From positions 1 to 64,000 of the forward strand of contig CAWGMQ010000004.1 of assembly GCA_963823665.1 (NCBI GenBank): DNA of 64,000 nucleotides, read 5' to 3'. This document shows positions 1 through 11,104 of the stretch, one piece after another; position 1 is the first letter of the stretch, and each line of letters opens with the position of its first letter. The DNA is from an uncultured Planctomycetota bacterium. Lineage in GTDB: Bacteria; Planctomycetota; Planctomycetia; Isosphaerales; Isosphaeraceae. Position numbers and translations under genes: made by a program. The notes beneath the pieces were generated by a model. That model was not told the origin of the DNA. It saw nothing but the letters and a program-made list of their open reading frames with translations, and made no database searches.

Positions 1-274
1 GATATTCGCGGGAAGATGATTCGGAAAGAGGCGCCAGCTCCTTCGCCGCCGGAAGGACTTCGCCTTCGATCGGTTGAGCCTGGCTATTGGACGAACTCGA
101 CGGCGTCGCCGTCGTACCGATATCTTTCGGCATCGCGTAACCCATGCACTTGCGCCGCGCGCCGACAAAAATGGACGCCTCGAACCACATATAATGCGTT
201 GCAGCAAATTAATCACATTCGATAGAAACTCTCTTGATTTCGATCAAGAGCGCGAAGCCATGACGGCATAGGAA

Positions 275-1240
275 TTGCCTCTACGCGCCGCCCGGTCGAG
301 CCTCGACCTTCATGTCGAAGCCGATTGCGTCGTAAAGGAAATCGCCGAAGAGATGCGACAGCGGCCCGATCGGGGCGAGGTCGCGACCTATATTCCGGAA
401 CTCGCGCGCGCTGATCCCAACGCGTTCGGGCTTGCTGTGGTTGATGCCGACGGCAATGTTGTCTGCGGCGGCGACGCCGATACGCCGTTTTCCATTCAGA
501 GCGTTTCCAAGGTTTTCACGCTGACGATTGCGCTCGGCATGGTCGGCGACCGGCTCTGGCGCCGCGTTGGGCGTGAACCTTCGGGCAGCGCTTTCAATTC
601 GATCGTTCAGTTGGAACGCGAGCGCGGCATCCCGCGCAATCCCTTCATCAACGCCGGCGCAATTGCGGTGACGGACGTCATTCTATCCGGCCATCAGCCG
701 CGCGAGGCGTTGGGGGAAATTCTCAGGTTCATGCAATTTCTCGCCGACGATACATCGATCACGATCGATAAAGCGGTCGCGGCGTCGGAAAACCGCACCG
801 GTTTCCGCAACCGGGCGCTCGCGAATTACATGAAGTCCTTCGGCGTGATCGAGAACCCGGTCGATTTCACGTTGGGGGTGTATTTCCACCATTGCGCGAT
901 TGCGATGTCGTGCCGGCAATTGGCGATGGCGGGTCGCTTTCTCGCTTACCGCGGCCGCAATCCGTCCACTGGCCTGCTGGTCGTGCAGCCGGATCGGGCG
1001 CGCCGCATCAACGCCATCATGCTCACATGCGGGCATTACGACGGTTCGGGCGAGTTCGCCTATCACGTCGGTCTGCCCGGCAAGAGCGGCGTCGGCGGCG
1101 GCATTCTCGCCATCGCGCCGGGGAAGGCGTCGATCGCCGTCTGGTCGCCGGGCCTCGATGCCACTGGCAATTCGCATCTCGGGCGCATCGCGCTCGAAGA
1201 ACTGACCAGGCGGATGGGGTGGTCGATCTTCGGCGCCTGA
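275..1240 (+). CDS. glsA: Glutaminase
   Basis: Motifs [17 protein letters not shown] (catalytic SxxK), [27 protein letters not shown]. Start codon uncertain. Confidence 0.95.
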   Translation: MPLRAARSSLDLHVEADCVVKEIAEEMRQRPDRGEVATYIPELARADPNAFGLAVVDADGNVVCGGDADTPFSIQSVSKVFTLTIALGMVGDRLWRRVGREPSGSAFNSIVQLERERGIPRNPFINAGAIAVTDVILSGHQPREALGEILRFMQFLADDTSITIDKAVAASENRTGFRNRALANYMKSFGVIENPVDFTLGVYFHHCAIAMSCRQLAMAGRFLAYRGRNPSTGLLVVQPDRARRINAIMLTCGHYDGSGEFAYHVGLPGKSGVGGGILAIAPGKASIAVWSPGLDATGNSHLGRIALEELTRRMGWSIFGA

Positions 1241-1296
1241 AGGGCGTCAGTACAGTCTGACCGTCTATGCCCTTGGCTCGCGACTTGCTTTCAGCG

Positions 1297-1502
1297 TCAT
1301 CCCACCACGCCGCCGAGCGGGGCTTTCGCGCCACCATCTCGTCGTGCATCGCCGCTTCGTGATACCAGCCGCTTCCCAGCGGCGCTTTGGCGACCCCAAG
1401 CGCATTGAGGTGGGCTTCTTGCAACCGCGCCCGCAACGTGGCACGGCCGCCCGCTGGGAACGCGTAAATCCTGGCCGATGGGAAGGAGGAATTCGGGCTC
1501 AT
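1297..1502 (-). CDS. DUF2735 / GstI-like small protein (putative glnII translation inhibitor), divergent from glnII
   Basis: N-terminal ~60 aa SARIYAFPAGGRA...GSGWYHEAAM resembles rhizobial DUF2735/GstI, and its position upstream of and divergent from glnII fits. The 3' end is uncertain: the frame stays open to 1023, possibly from an indel. Confidence 0.65.
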
Positions 1503-1748
1503 GGTCTATCAGTCCTGGAGGGACGGGCCGATCCTTGGAGGGCCGTCCGGCTTTCGCCTCGTTGTGCGAAATGCACAATTTGAGATCAGATCGATGTAAT
1601 TAAAGGCACGCCGATCCGCCCCGCGTTTTTGGTAACGCATTTGGCCGCCTTGAGTTGCACTTTACCTCGTATAGGAAAGGCGGGGCCTTGTCAGACTTCC
1701 AAAGCCTTGCGCGCGCGGTGCCAGGCGGCACGTGTGAGAGGGTCCAGC

Positions 1749-1764
1749 TGGCATAGCAAATGCT
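1749..1764 (+). promoter_or_regulatory. Sigma-54 (-24/-12) promoter of glnII
   Basis: TGGCATAGCAAATGCT has GG-N10-GC spacing, about 90 bp upstream of the glnII ATG. Rhizobial glnII is known to be RpoN/NtrC dependent. Confidence 0.8.
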
Positions 1765-1853
1765 TAAAAAGGGCGTTCCAGGCAAAGAAATTCCCCTCGC
1801 CTGCCGGTAAAAATAACGGCTTTTCCAACCTCCGCCGTAAAGAGGAAACTGTG

Positions 1854-2892
1854 ATGACAAAGTACAAGCTCGAGTACATATGGCTCGACGGCTATACGCC
1901 AGTGCCGAGTCTGCGCGGCAAAACGCAGATCAAGGAATTCGAAGTTTTCCCGACACTTGAGCAATTGCCGCTGTGGGGTTTTGACGGTTCCTCGACGAAC
2001 CAGGCTGAAGGCCACAGTTCGGATTGCGTGCTCAAGCCCGTCGCGGTCTATCCGGACGGCGCGCGCACCAACGGCGCGCTCGTCATGTGCGAAGTCATGA
2101 TGCCGGATGGCACCCCGCACGTTTCGAACAAGCGCGCGACCATTCTCGACGATCCCGGCGCGTGGTTCGGTTTCGAGCAGGAATATTTCTTCTACAAGGA
2201 CGGCCGTCCGCTCGGCTTTCCGGAGGCTGGCTATCCGGCGCCGCAAGGCCCCTATTACACCGGCGTCGGCTACAAGAACGTCGGCGACATCGCCCGCAAG
2301 ATGGTCGAAGAGCATCTCGATCTTTGCCTCTTCGCCGGCATCAACCACGAAGGCATCAATGCCGAAGTGGCGAAAGGCCAGTGGGAATTCCAGATCTTCG
2401 GCAAGGGCTCCAAAAAGGCCGCTGACGAGATGTGGATGGCGCGCTACCTCCTCCAGCGCCTCACCGAAAAATACGGCGTGGACATCGAGTACCATTGCAA
2501 GCCGCTCGGCGACACCGACTGGAACGGCTCCGGCATGCACGCGAACTTCTCGACCGACCTATATGCGCGAGGTCGGCGGCAAGGAATATTTCGAAAAGCT
2601 GATGAAAGCGTTCGAAATCAACCGCGAAGATCACATCGCGGTCTACGGCCCGGACAACCACATGCGCCTGACCGGCAAGCACGAGACCGCCTCGATCCAC
2701 GAGTTCAGCTACGGCATCGCGGATCGCGGCGCGTCCATCCGCGTGCCGCACAGCTTCGCCAAGAACGACTACAAGGGCTATCTCGAGGATCGCCGCCCGA
2801 ACTCGCAAGGCGACCCCTACCAGATCGCATCGCAGATCCTGAAGACGATCGCCTCTGTTGGCGAGGGCAGCGGCGTTTCGGCCGCCGCCTAA
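1854..2892 (+). CDS. glnII: Glutamine synthetase type II (one apparent frameshift near 2560)
   Basis: MTKYKLEYIWLDG, WGFDGSST, FGFEQEY, EVAKGQWEFQ, DWNGSGMH, then a second frame with RLTGKHET, DRGASIRVP, GYLEDRRPNS. Confidence 0.95.
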
Positions 2893-3206
2893 TGCACTTG
2901 TCGCGGCGTGGTCTCCACGCCGCGACCCTCGCCCGCAGGCGATATCCGGGGCCGCCGTCTTAAGACGCGGCCCACCTTCCGATCCATCCAACAAACAAAT
3001 TCTTTTGAGCGCATCGCCGCCGACAGGCCCTCCGTGGCTGCAGCGCCGTTCCCGCGCTACGCCCCTTTGTGCGGCGCGATCCCCCTCCTCCGGCCTGACA
3101 GGCGGGCATGGGCTCGGCTGGCAGGGTGCAAAGATATTGTCATTTTCCGGCCCGGCTGTGCTAACAGCACTTTTCCCGAATTCACCCGCTTGTCCGGAGA
3201 GCCGAC

Positions 3207-5040
3207 ATGCCCCCTTATCGCTCGCGCACGACGACCCACGGCCGCAACATGGCCGGCGCTCGCGGTCTCTGGCGGGCGACCGGCATGAAGGATGAGGACT
3301 TCGGCAAGCCGATCATTGCCGTGGTCAATTCCTTTACCCAATTCGTCCCCGGGCATGTGCACCTGAAGGACCTCGGGCAACTCGTTGCCGGCGAAATTCA
3401 AAAAGCCGGCGGCGTCGCGAAGGAATTCAACACGATCGCCATCGACGACGGGATCGCGATGGGCCATGACGGGATGCTTTATTCGCTCCCGTCGCGCGAG
3501 CTGATCGCCGACAGCGTCGAATATATGGTCAATGCGCATTGCGCCGACGCGATGGTCTGCATCTCCAATTGCGACAAGATCACACCCGGCATGCTGATGG
3601 CGGCGCTGCGGCTCAACGTCCCGGCGATTTTCGTGTCGGGCGGCCCGATGGAAGCGGGCAAAGTCGTTCTGCATGGCAAGCAGGCCGCGATGGACCTCAT
3701 CGACGCGATGGTCGCCGCCGCCGACGACCGGGTGAGCGACGAAGACGTCAAGATCATCGAGCGCTCGGCCTGCCCGACCTGCGGATCGTGTTCCGGCATG
3801 TTCACGGCCAATTCCATGAACTGCCTCACCGAGGCGCTCGGCCTTTCGCTGCCGGGCAATGGCTCGACGCTCGCGACGCACGCAGCGCGCAAGAGGCCTT
3901 TTCGTCGAGGCGGCGCATCTCATCGTGGATTTGACCCGCCGTCATTACGAACAGGACGACGCCGGCGTGCTGCCGCGCGCGATCGCCAATTTCACCGCCT
4001 TCGAGAATGCGATGACGGTCGACATTGCCATGGGCGGCTCGACGAATACGGTGCTCCATCTGCTGGCCGCCGCGCGCGAGGCGGAAGTGCCGTTTTCCAT
4101 GACGGACATCGATCGGCTTTCGCGGCGCGTGCCCTGCCTCTGCAAAGTGGCGCCGGCGAAGTCCGACGTGCATATGGAGGACGTTCATCGCGCCGGCGGC
4201 ATCATGGCGATATTGGGCGAGCTCGACCGCGCCGGATTGATCCAGGCGGATGTGCGCACCGTCCATTCTTCGACGCTCGCCGAAGCCTTGGAGCGCTGGG
4301 ACGTTCGACGCACCAAGAGCGATTCCGTGCGGACCTTCTATCGCGCGGCGCCCGGCGGCGTTCCGACGCAAACGGCGTTCTCGCAAGATCGCTATTACGA
4401 CGCTCTCGATCTCGATCGCGCAGCACGGCGCGATCCGCGACAAGGAACACGCCTTCTCGCAAGACGGCGGCCTCGCGGTGCTTTACGGCAACCTTGCCGC
4501 GGACGGCTGCATCGTGAAGACGGCGGGCGTCGATCGACGCGCTTGCTCAAATTCGCCGGCACGGCGCGCGTTTTCGAGAGCCAGGACGCGGCCGTCGACG
4601 GCATCCTTGGCGGAACGGTCAAGTCCGGCGACGTCGTGGTCATCCGCTACGAAGGACCGCGCGGCGGCCCCGGAATGCAGGAGATGCTGTATCCGACGAG
4701 CTATCTGAAATCCAAGGGTCTTGGAAAGCTCTGCGCGCTCGTCACCGATGGCCGGTTCTCGGGGGGATCCAGCGGGCTGTCCGTGGGTCACGTCTCGCCC
4801 GAAGCGGCGGAGGGCGGCACCATCGGCCTCGTCCGCGATGGCGATCTTATCGAATTCGACATTCCCAATCGCCGCATTCATCTCGTGGTGAGCGACGAGG
4901 AGCTCGCGGCGCGGCGCGCGGTTCAGGATGAGCAAGGCTGGCAACCGGCCGAGCCGCGCAAGCGGGCGATCTCGCGGGCCTTGCGAGCTTATGCAGCGAC
5001 GACGACCAGCGCTTCCGAGGGTGCCGTTCGGCGCCTCTGA
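3207..5040 (+). CDS. ilvD: Dihydroxy-acid dehydratase (about 3 apparent frameshifts near 3890, 4420, 4535)
   Basis: [77 protein letters not shown] spread over frames. Confidence 0.95.
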
Positions 5041-5101
5041 TTGCGCCGGAGCCTTGTGTCAGCCAATGCCGCTGAGAGCCGCGCCGCTACGCGTTTCAAT
5101 T

Positions 5102-5428
5102 TCACTTCAATGCAGAGAAATCGGTTGGCGTGAGTATCTGATTGTGGATGCTCGCCACGAGGGGTCCATCGCGTTCACTGTCGTCACGAATTTTGTGCCA
5201 GGCAGGATCGTTTTGAAACGCCGTCCACTTCCTCTCGCGATCCGCAAGCGAGTCCCACTGCAAAATATAGCTTAGCTCGTTGCTGGAATCGCCAATCAGC
5301 GTCGTCCAGAATCCTAGGGGGCGGATGCCCAACTCCTGCCAGAGCGGTACAAGCTTATCCCTGAAGCGGGCCTGAAGCTTAGCCATCCGGCCTGGAACGG
5401 GTTGATACACGCGTAGTTCGTAGATCAT
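5102..5428 (-). CDS. NIPSNAP family protein
   Basis: MIYELRVY...GFWTT...LSYILQWDSLADRERKWTAFQNDPAW...ILTPTDFS pattern. Confidence 0.85.
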   Translation of the reverse strand: MIYELRVYQPVPGRMAKLQARFRDKLVPLWQELGIRPLGFWTTLIGDSSNELSYILQWDSLADRERKWTAFQNDPAWHKIRDDSERDGPLVASIHNQILTPTDFSALK

Positions 5429-5693
5429 CGCCAGAATCTCCCGGTACAAGCAAAGTGTCTTTCGCTGGATTTAGGAGCGAGGATCGTCTGCGCGGTCCAA
5501 ATATTCGAGACCGAGCGGCCCGATGCGGCCATATTATGTATTCACCAGACTTCGCCCAGTGACGGCAAGCTGCGCCGTAGCTGGAAAAGCAACAAACGGC
5601 TGCCGGTCGATCTCTTCGGGGGAACATTTATCACATTCTTTCCGGCGCCCGGCGCTAACCTGCCCAGGTTCGTCCAAGTGTTTGGAGGTCGAG

Positions 5694-5951
5694 ATGACCA
5701 AATCACTTTTGCTTAGCGCTGGTTTAATATTTGGAGTCACAACGGCTAGCAATGCAGCGTTTGTCGCGCCGCCCGTAGATCCCGGAGCGGGCCAAATCGT
5801 GCGCGTTGCAGAAGACTGCGGCGAGAATCGGTGGCGTGACGAGTACGGACATTGCCATTGGTTCAGGAATGGCTACGGCACGATGCGCGGCACCCCTCAT
5901 GCCTGTCCGACTTGGGCTCATTGGTTCGATGGCCGTTGTGTTCGTGATTGA
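5694..5951 (+). CDS. Small secreted Cys-containing protein (GCG_CRPN-like)
   Basis: GGAGG SD, signal peptide, CG..RWRDEYGHC and CP..AHW..GRC motifs typical of small Rhizobiales exported proteins. Confidence 0.6.
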   Translation: MTKSLLLSAGLIFGVTTASNAAFVAPPVDPGAGQIVRVAEDCGENRWRDEYGHCHWFRNGYGTMRGTPHACPTWAHWFDGRCVRD

Positions 5952-6153
5952 TTGTTCAGGCGGCTAGCGGAGCCCACCAGCTCTCTGACAACGCCGGACC
6001 TGTTCAGTGAGACGGGTCCGGCAAGCATAAATCACGCTCTGGAATTCGTGTATCTGCTGCCAGGTATATGCTGGGTGAAACGACCGCGCATTGGCGCCGA
6101 ATTAGCCAGAGACCGCAAGGCGCGGCGATGTGTGTCCCGAGAGGGAGGAAAAC

Positions 6154-6375
6154 ATGAGTTGGGTCTTAGTCAAAACGACAGATGGCCACGACCTCGCTGT
6201 TAACTTGGATCATGTCATCCAAATCGCGCCACTTAAGATTGAACCGACCGGAAAACTGGGCGCACGCTTGCGAACGACGCAAGCGTTTGATGACGGCCGC
6301 GTCTACTTAGTCGATGTCGAAACGTCTTGGGAGTCGCTCTTGAGAAGAGCCGGGATCGGGAATAGTGCGGGATAA
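6154..6375 (+). CDS. Hypothetical protein (73 aa)
   Basis: Strong GGAGG SD before the ATG; protein-like composition MSWVLVKTTDGHDLAVNLDHV. Confidence 0.55.
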   Translation: MSWVLVKTTDGHDLAVNLDHVIQIAPLKIEPTGKLGARLRTTQAFDDGRVYLVDVETSWESLLRRAGIGNSAG

Positions 6376-6516
6376 CGGAATGGGTGCGGGATACCGCGAA
6401 ATGTCTGCCAAGGGGCTTCACCCGGCTTCGGAGCCGGCCTTGCGCGAGTGGCCCATAAATCGGCGCGTCAAGCGACGCCATTAACCGGGTTCCATCCGCT
6501 TATATTTGCTTTTAAC

Positions 6517-6592
6517 TGGCGCTCCCTAGGGGACTCGAACCCCTGTTTTCGCCGTGAGAGGGCGACGTCCTAGACCGCTAGACGAAGGGAGC
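6517..6592 (-). tRNA. tRNA-Glu(CTC)
   Basis: Reverse complement GCTCCCTTCGTCTAGCGGTCTAGGACGTCGCCCTCTCACGGCGAAAACAGGGGTTCGAGTCCCCTAGGGAGCGCCA: 76 nt, GGTTCGA T-loop, CTC anticodon, encoded CCA. Confidence 0.97.
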
Positions 6593-6651
6593 GGAAGCGC
6601 AGGCTTCTATCGCGCGATCCTTGCGCCCGCAAGAGCGCGCTTCAAGCATTC

Positions 6652-7830
6652 TCAGGTTCCGGTCTGGTTTGTCATCTCGAGATTGGAGGCCTCGCGCGGC
6701 TCCCCGTCCGCCGGCGCACGCGCCGAAGATGCCTCGCCGTTGCCCGGCGCCAGCCGCACGATCGCCGCGCCGCGTCTCCCCCGCCTCGGGCGCATGCGCG
6801 GGCTTGCCACGCCCGCCCGCCCGCGACAATTCGGCCTCGAGCGTCTCGCAGCGCCGCCGCGCGACATCGAGCGCGCCCTGCAGCGCCGAGAATTCCGCGC
6901 GCAGATTCTCATATTTTTCGCCGAGCGCGCGTTCCGATTCCCGCAGCTTTTCGCACCTGCTGGTCCCGCTGCCCGGAAATGTGCGTCTCGCGCGACTTGG
7001 CGTCTTCGAGTGCGGCTTCCTGCACGCCGATCTTGATGTTGAGCGCGCGCAGCTTGCCCTGGTCGCCGTCGCGCTGCTGACGCAACTCGTCGAGCTCCTT
7101 GCCGAGCTGCGCGACGCGCGCGGTCTCGGCGTCGAACTTCCTCTGCAGGACGGCATAATTGCCTTCAAGAACCTCGAGATTGCTGCGCGCAACGACCAAG
7201 GCATCGTTGAGCCGGGCCGCATGCGCGGTGCGCTCGGAGAAACGCTTTTCCGCCTCGACCAGGGTCCGGCTTACATCGCCAAGCCGCAATTCGAGCCCTG
7301 CGGCGCGCGCATCGGCGGAAGCATGGCTCGCAAGCCGCTCATCGGCGAGCGCGGATACGGCCTGATGCGCCTGATTGAGCTTGGCGAGCTCTTCCTGCTT
7401 CTTCTGGTAGAGGCCGTCGGCGTCATAAAGCGCGCCGGTCAAGGCGCCGTGCTCGCTGGAAAGGGCGGCAACCTCCTGCTCCGCTTTCGCCAGAGCCTCC
7501 GCATGCGCGCGGATTTCCTCGCGCTGGGCTTCGACCGTCTGCTGGAGCGTCAAAAGCTCGGCCGCGCGGCGGCCCAAGTTCGCTGCGGTCGGCGGCATGG
7601 GCCTGCACGACCTCTGCCGTGCGAATTTCGAGGCGCCGTCGCTCGACCGCGAATTCGGCCCGCAAATGATCCCGATCCGCAAGGATTTCTTCAACGGATA
7701 GAGGGACTTGCGTCTCAAGCCGGCGGCGCGATAGGCGCAAGGCGCGGCGCCAGAACGCGGGCGCGAAGGCAAGCGCCATGAGCCCTGCGACCAGGAACCC
7801 AAGCGCAAAAATCATAGCCTGTTCAATCAC
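6652..7830 (-). CDS. Rhizobiales-type membrane-anchored coiled-coil protein (several apparent frameshifts)
   Basis: N-terminus MIEQAMIFALGFLVAGLMALAFAPAFWRRALRLSRRRLETQVPLS followed by long heptad-rich segments in different frames. The 3' end is approximate. Confidence 0.65.
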
Positions 7831-7951
7831 GCAGCTTCGCCCGCCGGATAGGACTCGCGCCGGACTATGGCACCTCTGCCGAAAGAGATCAAAAATCCTG
7901 AGTGAGGCGTAAGTCGGGCCGCCGCCTGGCCGAACGTCGCGGCGCCCCCGG

Positions 7952-8116
7952 CTAGAAGGGGTTCCAGGTCGGATGCGCGTGAATTTGAGATAGCCGACGT
8001 TGACGCCGAGTCTGGCGCCGAGGCCGGTGCGAACCGGCACGACGACGACATTATTGGCCGTGAGCGCCGTCATGCCGAAGCCGCCGACGAAATAGGCCGA
8101 GCCGTCGACGCCGGCA
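7952..8116 (-). pseudogene. eipA: 3' fragment of DUF1134 / EipA envelope protein, truncated at the junction
   Basis: AGVDGSAYFVGGFGMTALTANNVVVVPVRTGLGARLGVNVGYLKFT..PTWNPF* is the DUF1134 C-terminus. No upstream part is present. Confidence 0.8.
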
Positions 8117-8599
8117 AGGTTCGAGGCTCACGCCGCGGGGCGTCATTCCGCCAGCATTTGGCCAGCGAGAAGCCCTCGCCGTTGGCGTACTGGATCGTGA
8201 CGTGAGCGCCGCCCCACTGGGCAGCCGGGTTGCCCACGGACAGCCAGACGATCTTGTGATCATCGCCGTAGTCGCGGACCACCGCGTAGACGCTGTTGCG
8301 GGACGTGCTCTTCTTGGGAGCACACCAACGCCCAGCCTTGTAGGTCGTCGTGCGAACGGTAAGTGGACCCAGACACCCAACCGTAGGAGTGGGTTCCGTG
8401 GACGCCAGACGCACGTGACTCGCGCACCGGTTCCCGTCCCGCAAATGCTGGAGCCTCGCGGTCGACGTCACGCACAGCAGGCGCTGTACCACGCTCGGTC
8501 AGCGATCGTGCGCGCTTGGGTAGGTCGCCGGCGCTCGCACGCGTCGGTTGCTGCGAACCGCTTGATATGGACGCCCGTGCTTCGTCGCTTGTCGCGCCG

Positions 8600-8938
8600 G
8601 CGACGCTCGCGGACGGCGTCGGAGGGCAGGTCGTCCGTGCTGCCGCTCCCGAACTTGATCTGCACTTCCCAGCGGTCTTCTTTGGCGCGGAAGGCGTCTT
8701 TCTCCGAGGCGGCGATAACTCGCTCGAGGCGGCTTTCCTGTAGCTGCACCTTCTAGCCTGCTAGGTTCATCGTCTTGACCGGATAGGGATTGGGCCGCCA
8801 CCGCCGTTGCGGTAGTTCCTCCGGTGGCGTCTGCTCGGCGGCAGCCGTCGTCGGCTTTTCCTCCGCAGGAGATGCGGCAACGGCCTTGGCGGGAATGATC
8901 TCGGCGGCTGCCGCAGCGGCCCGTTTGTGTCTGGCCAT
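8600..8938 (-). pseudogene. Hypothetical protein fragment with in-frame TAG (8753-8755)
   Basis: AGGAGG SD, then MARHKRAAA...PNPYPVKTMNLAG*KVQLQESR...WEVQIKFGSGSTDDLPSDAVRE. Coding quality decays below about 8600. Confidence 0.45.
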
Positions 8939-9280
8939 GGAACCTCCTTTGCCGACGTGTAGTTTCGGTATAGCGCCGGAGGCGGAGGACATAATCGGAG
9001 AGCTTATTAAGCGACGGAAGGGATGGCAGGGGCTTTACACGCGATTCGGGATGTGTATTAAAATACAACCTATTGGCGGCACTATGAATTTTTCGTGAAG
9101 ACCCCTAGAATCTTTCGAGGAGGCGTGGATGCTTCCTCCGGTGACAGACTGGTTTTTGAGACCTAGTCTACCGATAAGGAGAGTGTGATGAACGGAGCGC
9201 CCTATGGCGCCGCTGCGCTCAGAGCGAACTTGCTAACTGAGCAGTTGTGCGCCGTAGAAGATGGGTGTAAGGATGGCCAT

Positions 9281-9592
9281 ATGGCTGATCTAACCCTCTC
9301 ACAGGAACGTGCGAACCGCGAGTCCGCAATCGAGCGCACTATCTCGCGGCAGAACTGCGCCTTAATCGAGGAAGGCATCGAATCGTACAAGCGAGAACTT
9401 CCGAAGCTCATCGAGGCACGCAAGGAATTTCACAAGGTCGCGTACAGAGGGTCTGAGCGAGTCGGAATCGCCCCAACCTACCATAAACTGGAACGCCTCC
9501 TGAAAAAAAAGGGGTTCTCTGACGAGCGAGAGTTATTCATTATAAGCATCGCCCCGATGGAGGGTGTGGAGCAGGATAGCCACAGTCGCTGA
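9281..9592 (+). CDS. Small hypothetical protein (DUF5678-like)
   Basis: IESYKRELPKLI...KVAYRGSERVGIAPT pattern; lies directly upstream of a DTG protease-like gene. Confidence 0.55.
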   Translation: MADLTLSQERANRESAIERTISRQNCALIEEGIESYKRELPKLIEARKEFHKVAYRGSERVGIAPTYHKLERLLKKKGFSDERELFIISIAPMEGVEQDSHSR

Positions 9593-9620
9593 CTCTGGGG
9601 CCTTATCTCTCACTCAAGAC

Positions 9621-10223
9621 GTGCCGAGAATACTCCGAGGCTCTTTCTATCGTGACAATGTAGGAAGCAAATGGGTCGAGATCATTTCGTCGTATCAGGA
9701 CGTATTTGATCGTTTGGACGTGCGCCCGCCTAAGATCATCGTGGCAGTCAGCATTTCGCATCGCAGTGAGCGGAGCCTTCCGGAGGGTTCGTGGGCATTT
9801 CCGGCCGTTCTCGACACCGGCTTCAATCGAGTGCTCGAGATCGATGAACGGCACCTTGAGCGTTGGACCGGGTATAAAAAACAATACCTCGACATTCTGC
9901 GTGCGAATCAAGAATCCGAAAACGGAGTATATGACGAGTGCGCTGCGAATCTCTGGCTCCATCGAGCGCCGTACAAGAATCCGCGAGATCATCGCGATCA
10001 AGCACCTTTGCATCTAGAAAACAGCAGCATCATAAGAGTGATGCATGAATCCGGGGACGCCCCGGCGCCGCGCATGCCGCTCCTGGGATTGCAAGCGTTG
10101 ATTCAGAATAAGCTCAACCTGCGAATTGATTCTCGCCACGGCTTCTTTGTTATCGATAAATCGAACAGCATTCGATTTCTGAGCCTCCTTGGACTGCTCC
10201 AAGCGAAGGCAACGCTCGACTAG
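9621..10223 (+). CDS. Clan AA (retropepsin-like) aspartyl protease-like protein
   Basis: FPAVLDTGF catalytic motif and downstream PLLGLQAL (hydrophobic-hydrophobic-Gly) motif. Confidence 0.7.
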   Translation: MPRILRGSFYRDNVGSKWVEIISSYQDVFDRLDVRPPKIIVAVSISHRSERSLPEGSWAFPAVLDTGFNRVLEIDERHLERWTGYKKQYLDILRANQESENGVYDECAANLWLHRAPYKNPRDHRDQAPLHLENSSIIRVMHESGDAPAPRMPLLGLQALIQNKLNLRIDSRHGFFVIDKSNSIRFLSLLGLLQAKATLD

Positions 10224-10854
10224 GGCGAGTGATTCACTCGTGGCAGAAGCACTCCGACAATGCGTCTCGCTCGCCGGAGTCCATGATCTGCAGGTCGTGG
10301 ACAGCTTGACGCATGCCGGCGTAACTCGGGCGGTCCTTGCGAAACATCGCTACAGAGGAATTCCGCGTTTGAGGACCCATAGAGGACCCAGTCACCGACG
10401 CGGGGCGGTGCGCGCAGGGGATATGCCGGACGGCCGGCGAGCGACTCGACGCGCAGCACAATTGTCCGGGTCTTGGTTAACTCTGCCAGACGTACATCCG
10501 GGCAAGAATTCAAAGATCGAAGTGGAACTCTACGCCAAGGCCTTGTTTTCTGAGCTGAAGCTGGTGCTGTTGGCTGGTTTTGAGCGCCCGCTGTCAATTA
10601 CAACAAAGGGCAGAAGGTGGAGCAGATTTATCCGCCTGAGTCTTGAACGGCGATGGATGGGACAACGCGAGTTATCTCAATACAGCGAATTATGTCTAGT
10701 CGAGCGACGGACCTCGTCAATCGCTCACTTCGCGAAATCAAAGTGGAATATCCAGCGGAGTTCGCGGACGGAATTGCGCAATTGAGCGGCGTTCGTATCT
10801 CTCAAATTGCGATGTTGCGACACGGCACTGTTCCTCGGCTAAAGACTTGAGGAG

Positions 10855-11062
10855 GAAAAGCTGTCAGGAACCAAAAACCGCCGTTTTCTCGCATGGCGCA
10901 CGCCCAGCCTGCCAAGCTCCCAACGCTTCCACGGTTGAAGTTGGTGTCGTAGCTGACACAGATATCGTTGCTCAAAGGCGGCTCTCACCCCCAAGTGTGC
11001 TCGAAGCCAACAGAATCCGAGATTGCCGGAACCAGGCACGCGGAAGGGCTTGGAATCGCGTC
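10855..11062. repeat. ~205 bp dispersed repeat, copy 1, starting with REP-like motif GAAAAG(C/G)TGTCAGGAACCAAAAA
   Basis: Aligns along its full length, with scattered substitutions, to 34934-35141. Confidence 0.9.
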
Positions 11063-11070
11063 CGCGAAAT

Positions 11071-11088
11071 GTTATATTGCAATATAAC
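11071..11088. promoter_or_regulatory. pemIK autoregulatory operator (perfect 18-bp palindrome)
   Basis: GTTATATTGCAATATAAC is self-complementary, 16 bp before the antitoxin ATG, and similar to the R1/R100 parD/pem operator. Confidence 0.85.
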
Positions 11089-11104
11089 CTCGGGGGGAGG
11101 AACA

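Noticed and set aside
1565..1665. NtrC binding sites (TGCAC half-sites) upstream of glnII
   Set aside because: Only half-sites match. Plausible, but no full TGCAC-N7-GTGCA palindrome to call.
2550..2570. Programmed frameshift in glnII (and ilvD)
   Set aside because: No slippery heptamer is visible, and similar indels occur throughout the window.
8753..8755. In-frame TAG as possible stop-codon readthrough or pyrrolysine
   Set aside because: TAG is a normal stop for pemK, rsmH and the sulfotransferase. A single substitution or error in a decaying gene is simpler.
10224..10850. ORFs between the protease and the repeat
   Set aside because: No coherent coding signal or motifs; probably decayed sequence.
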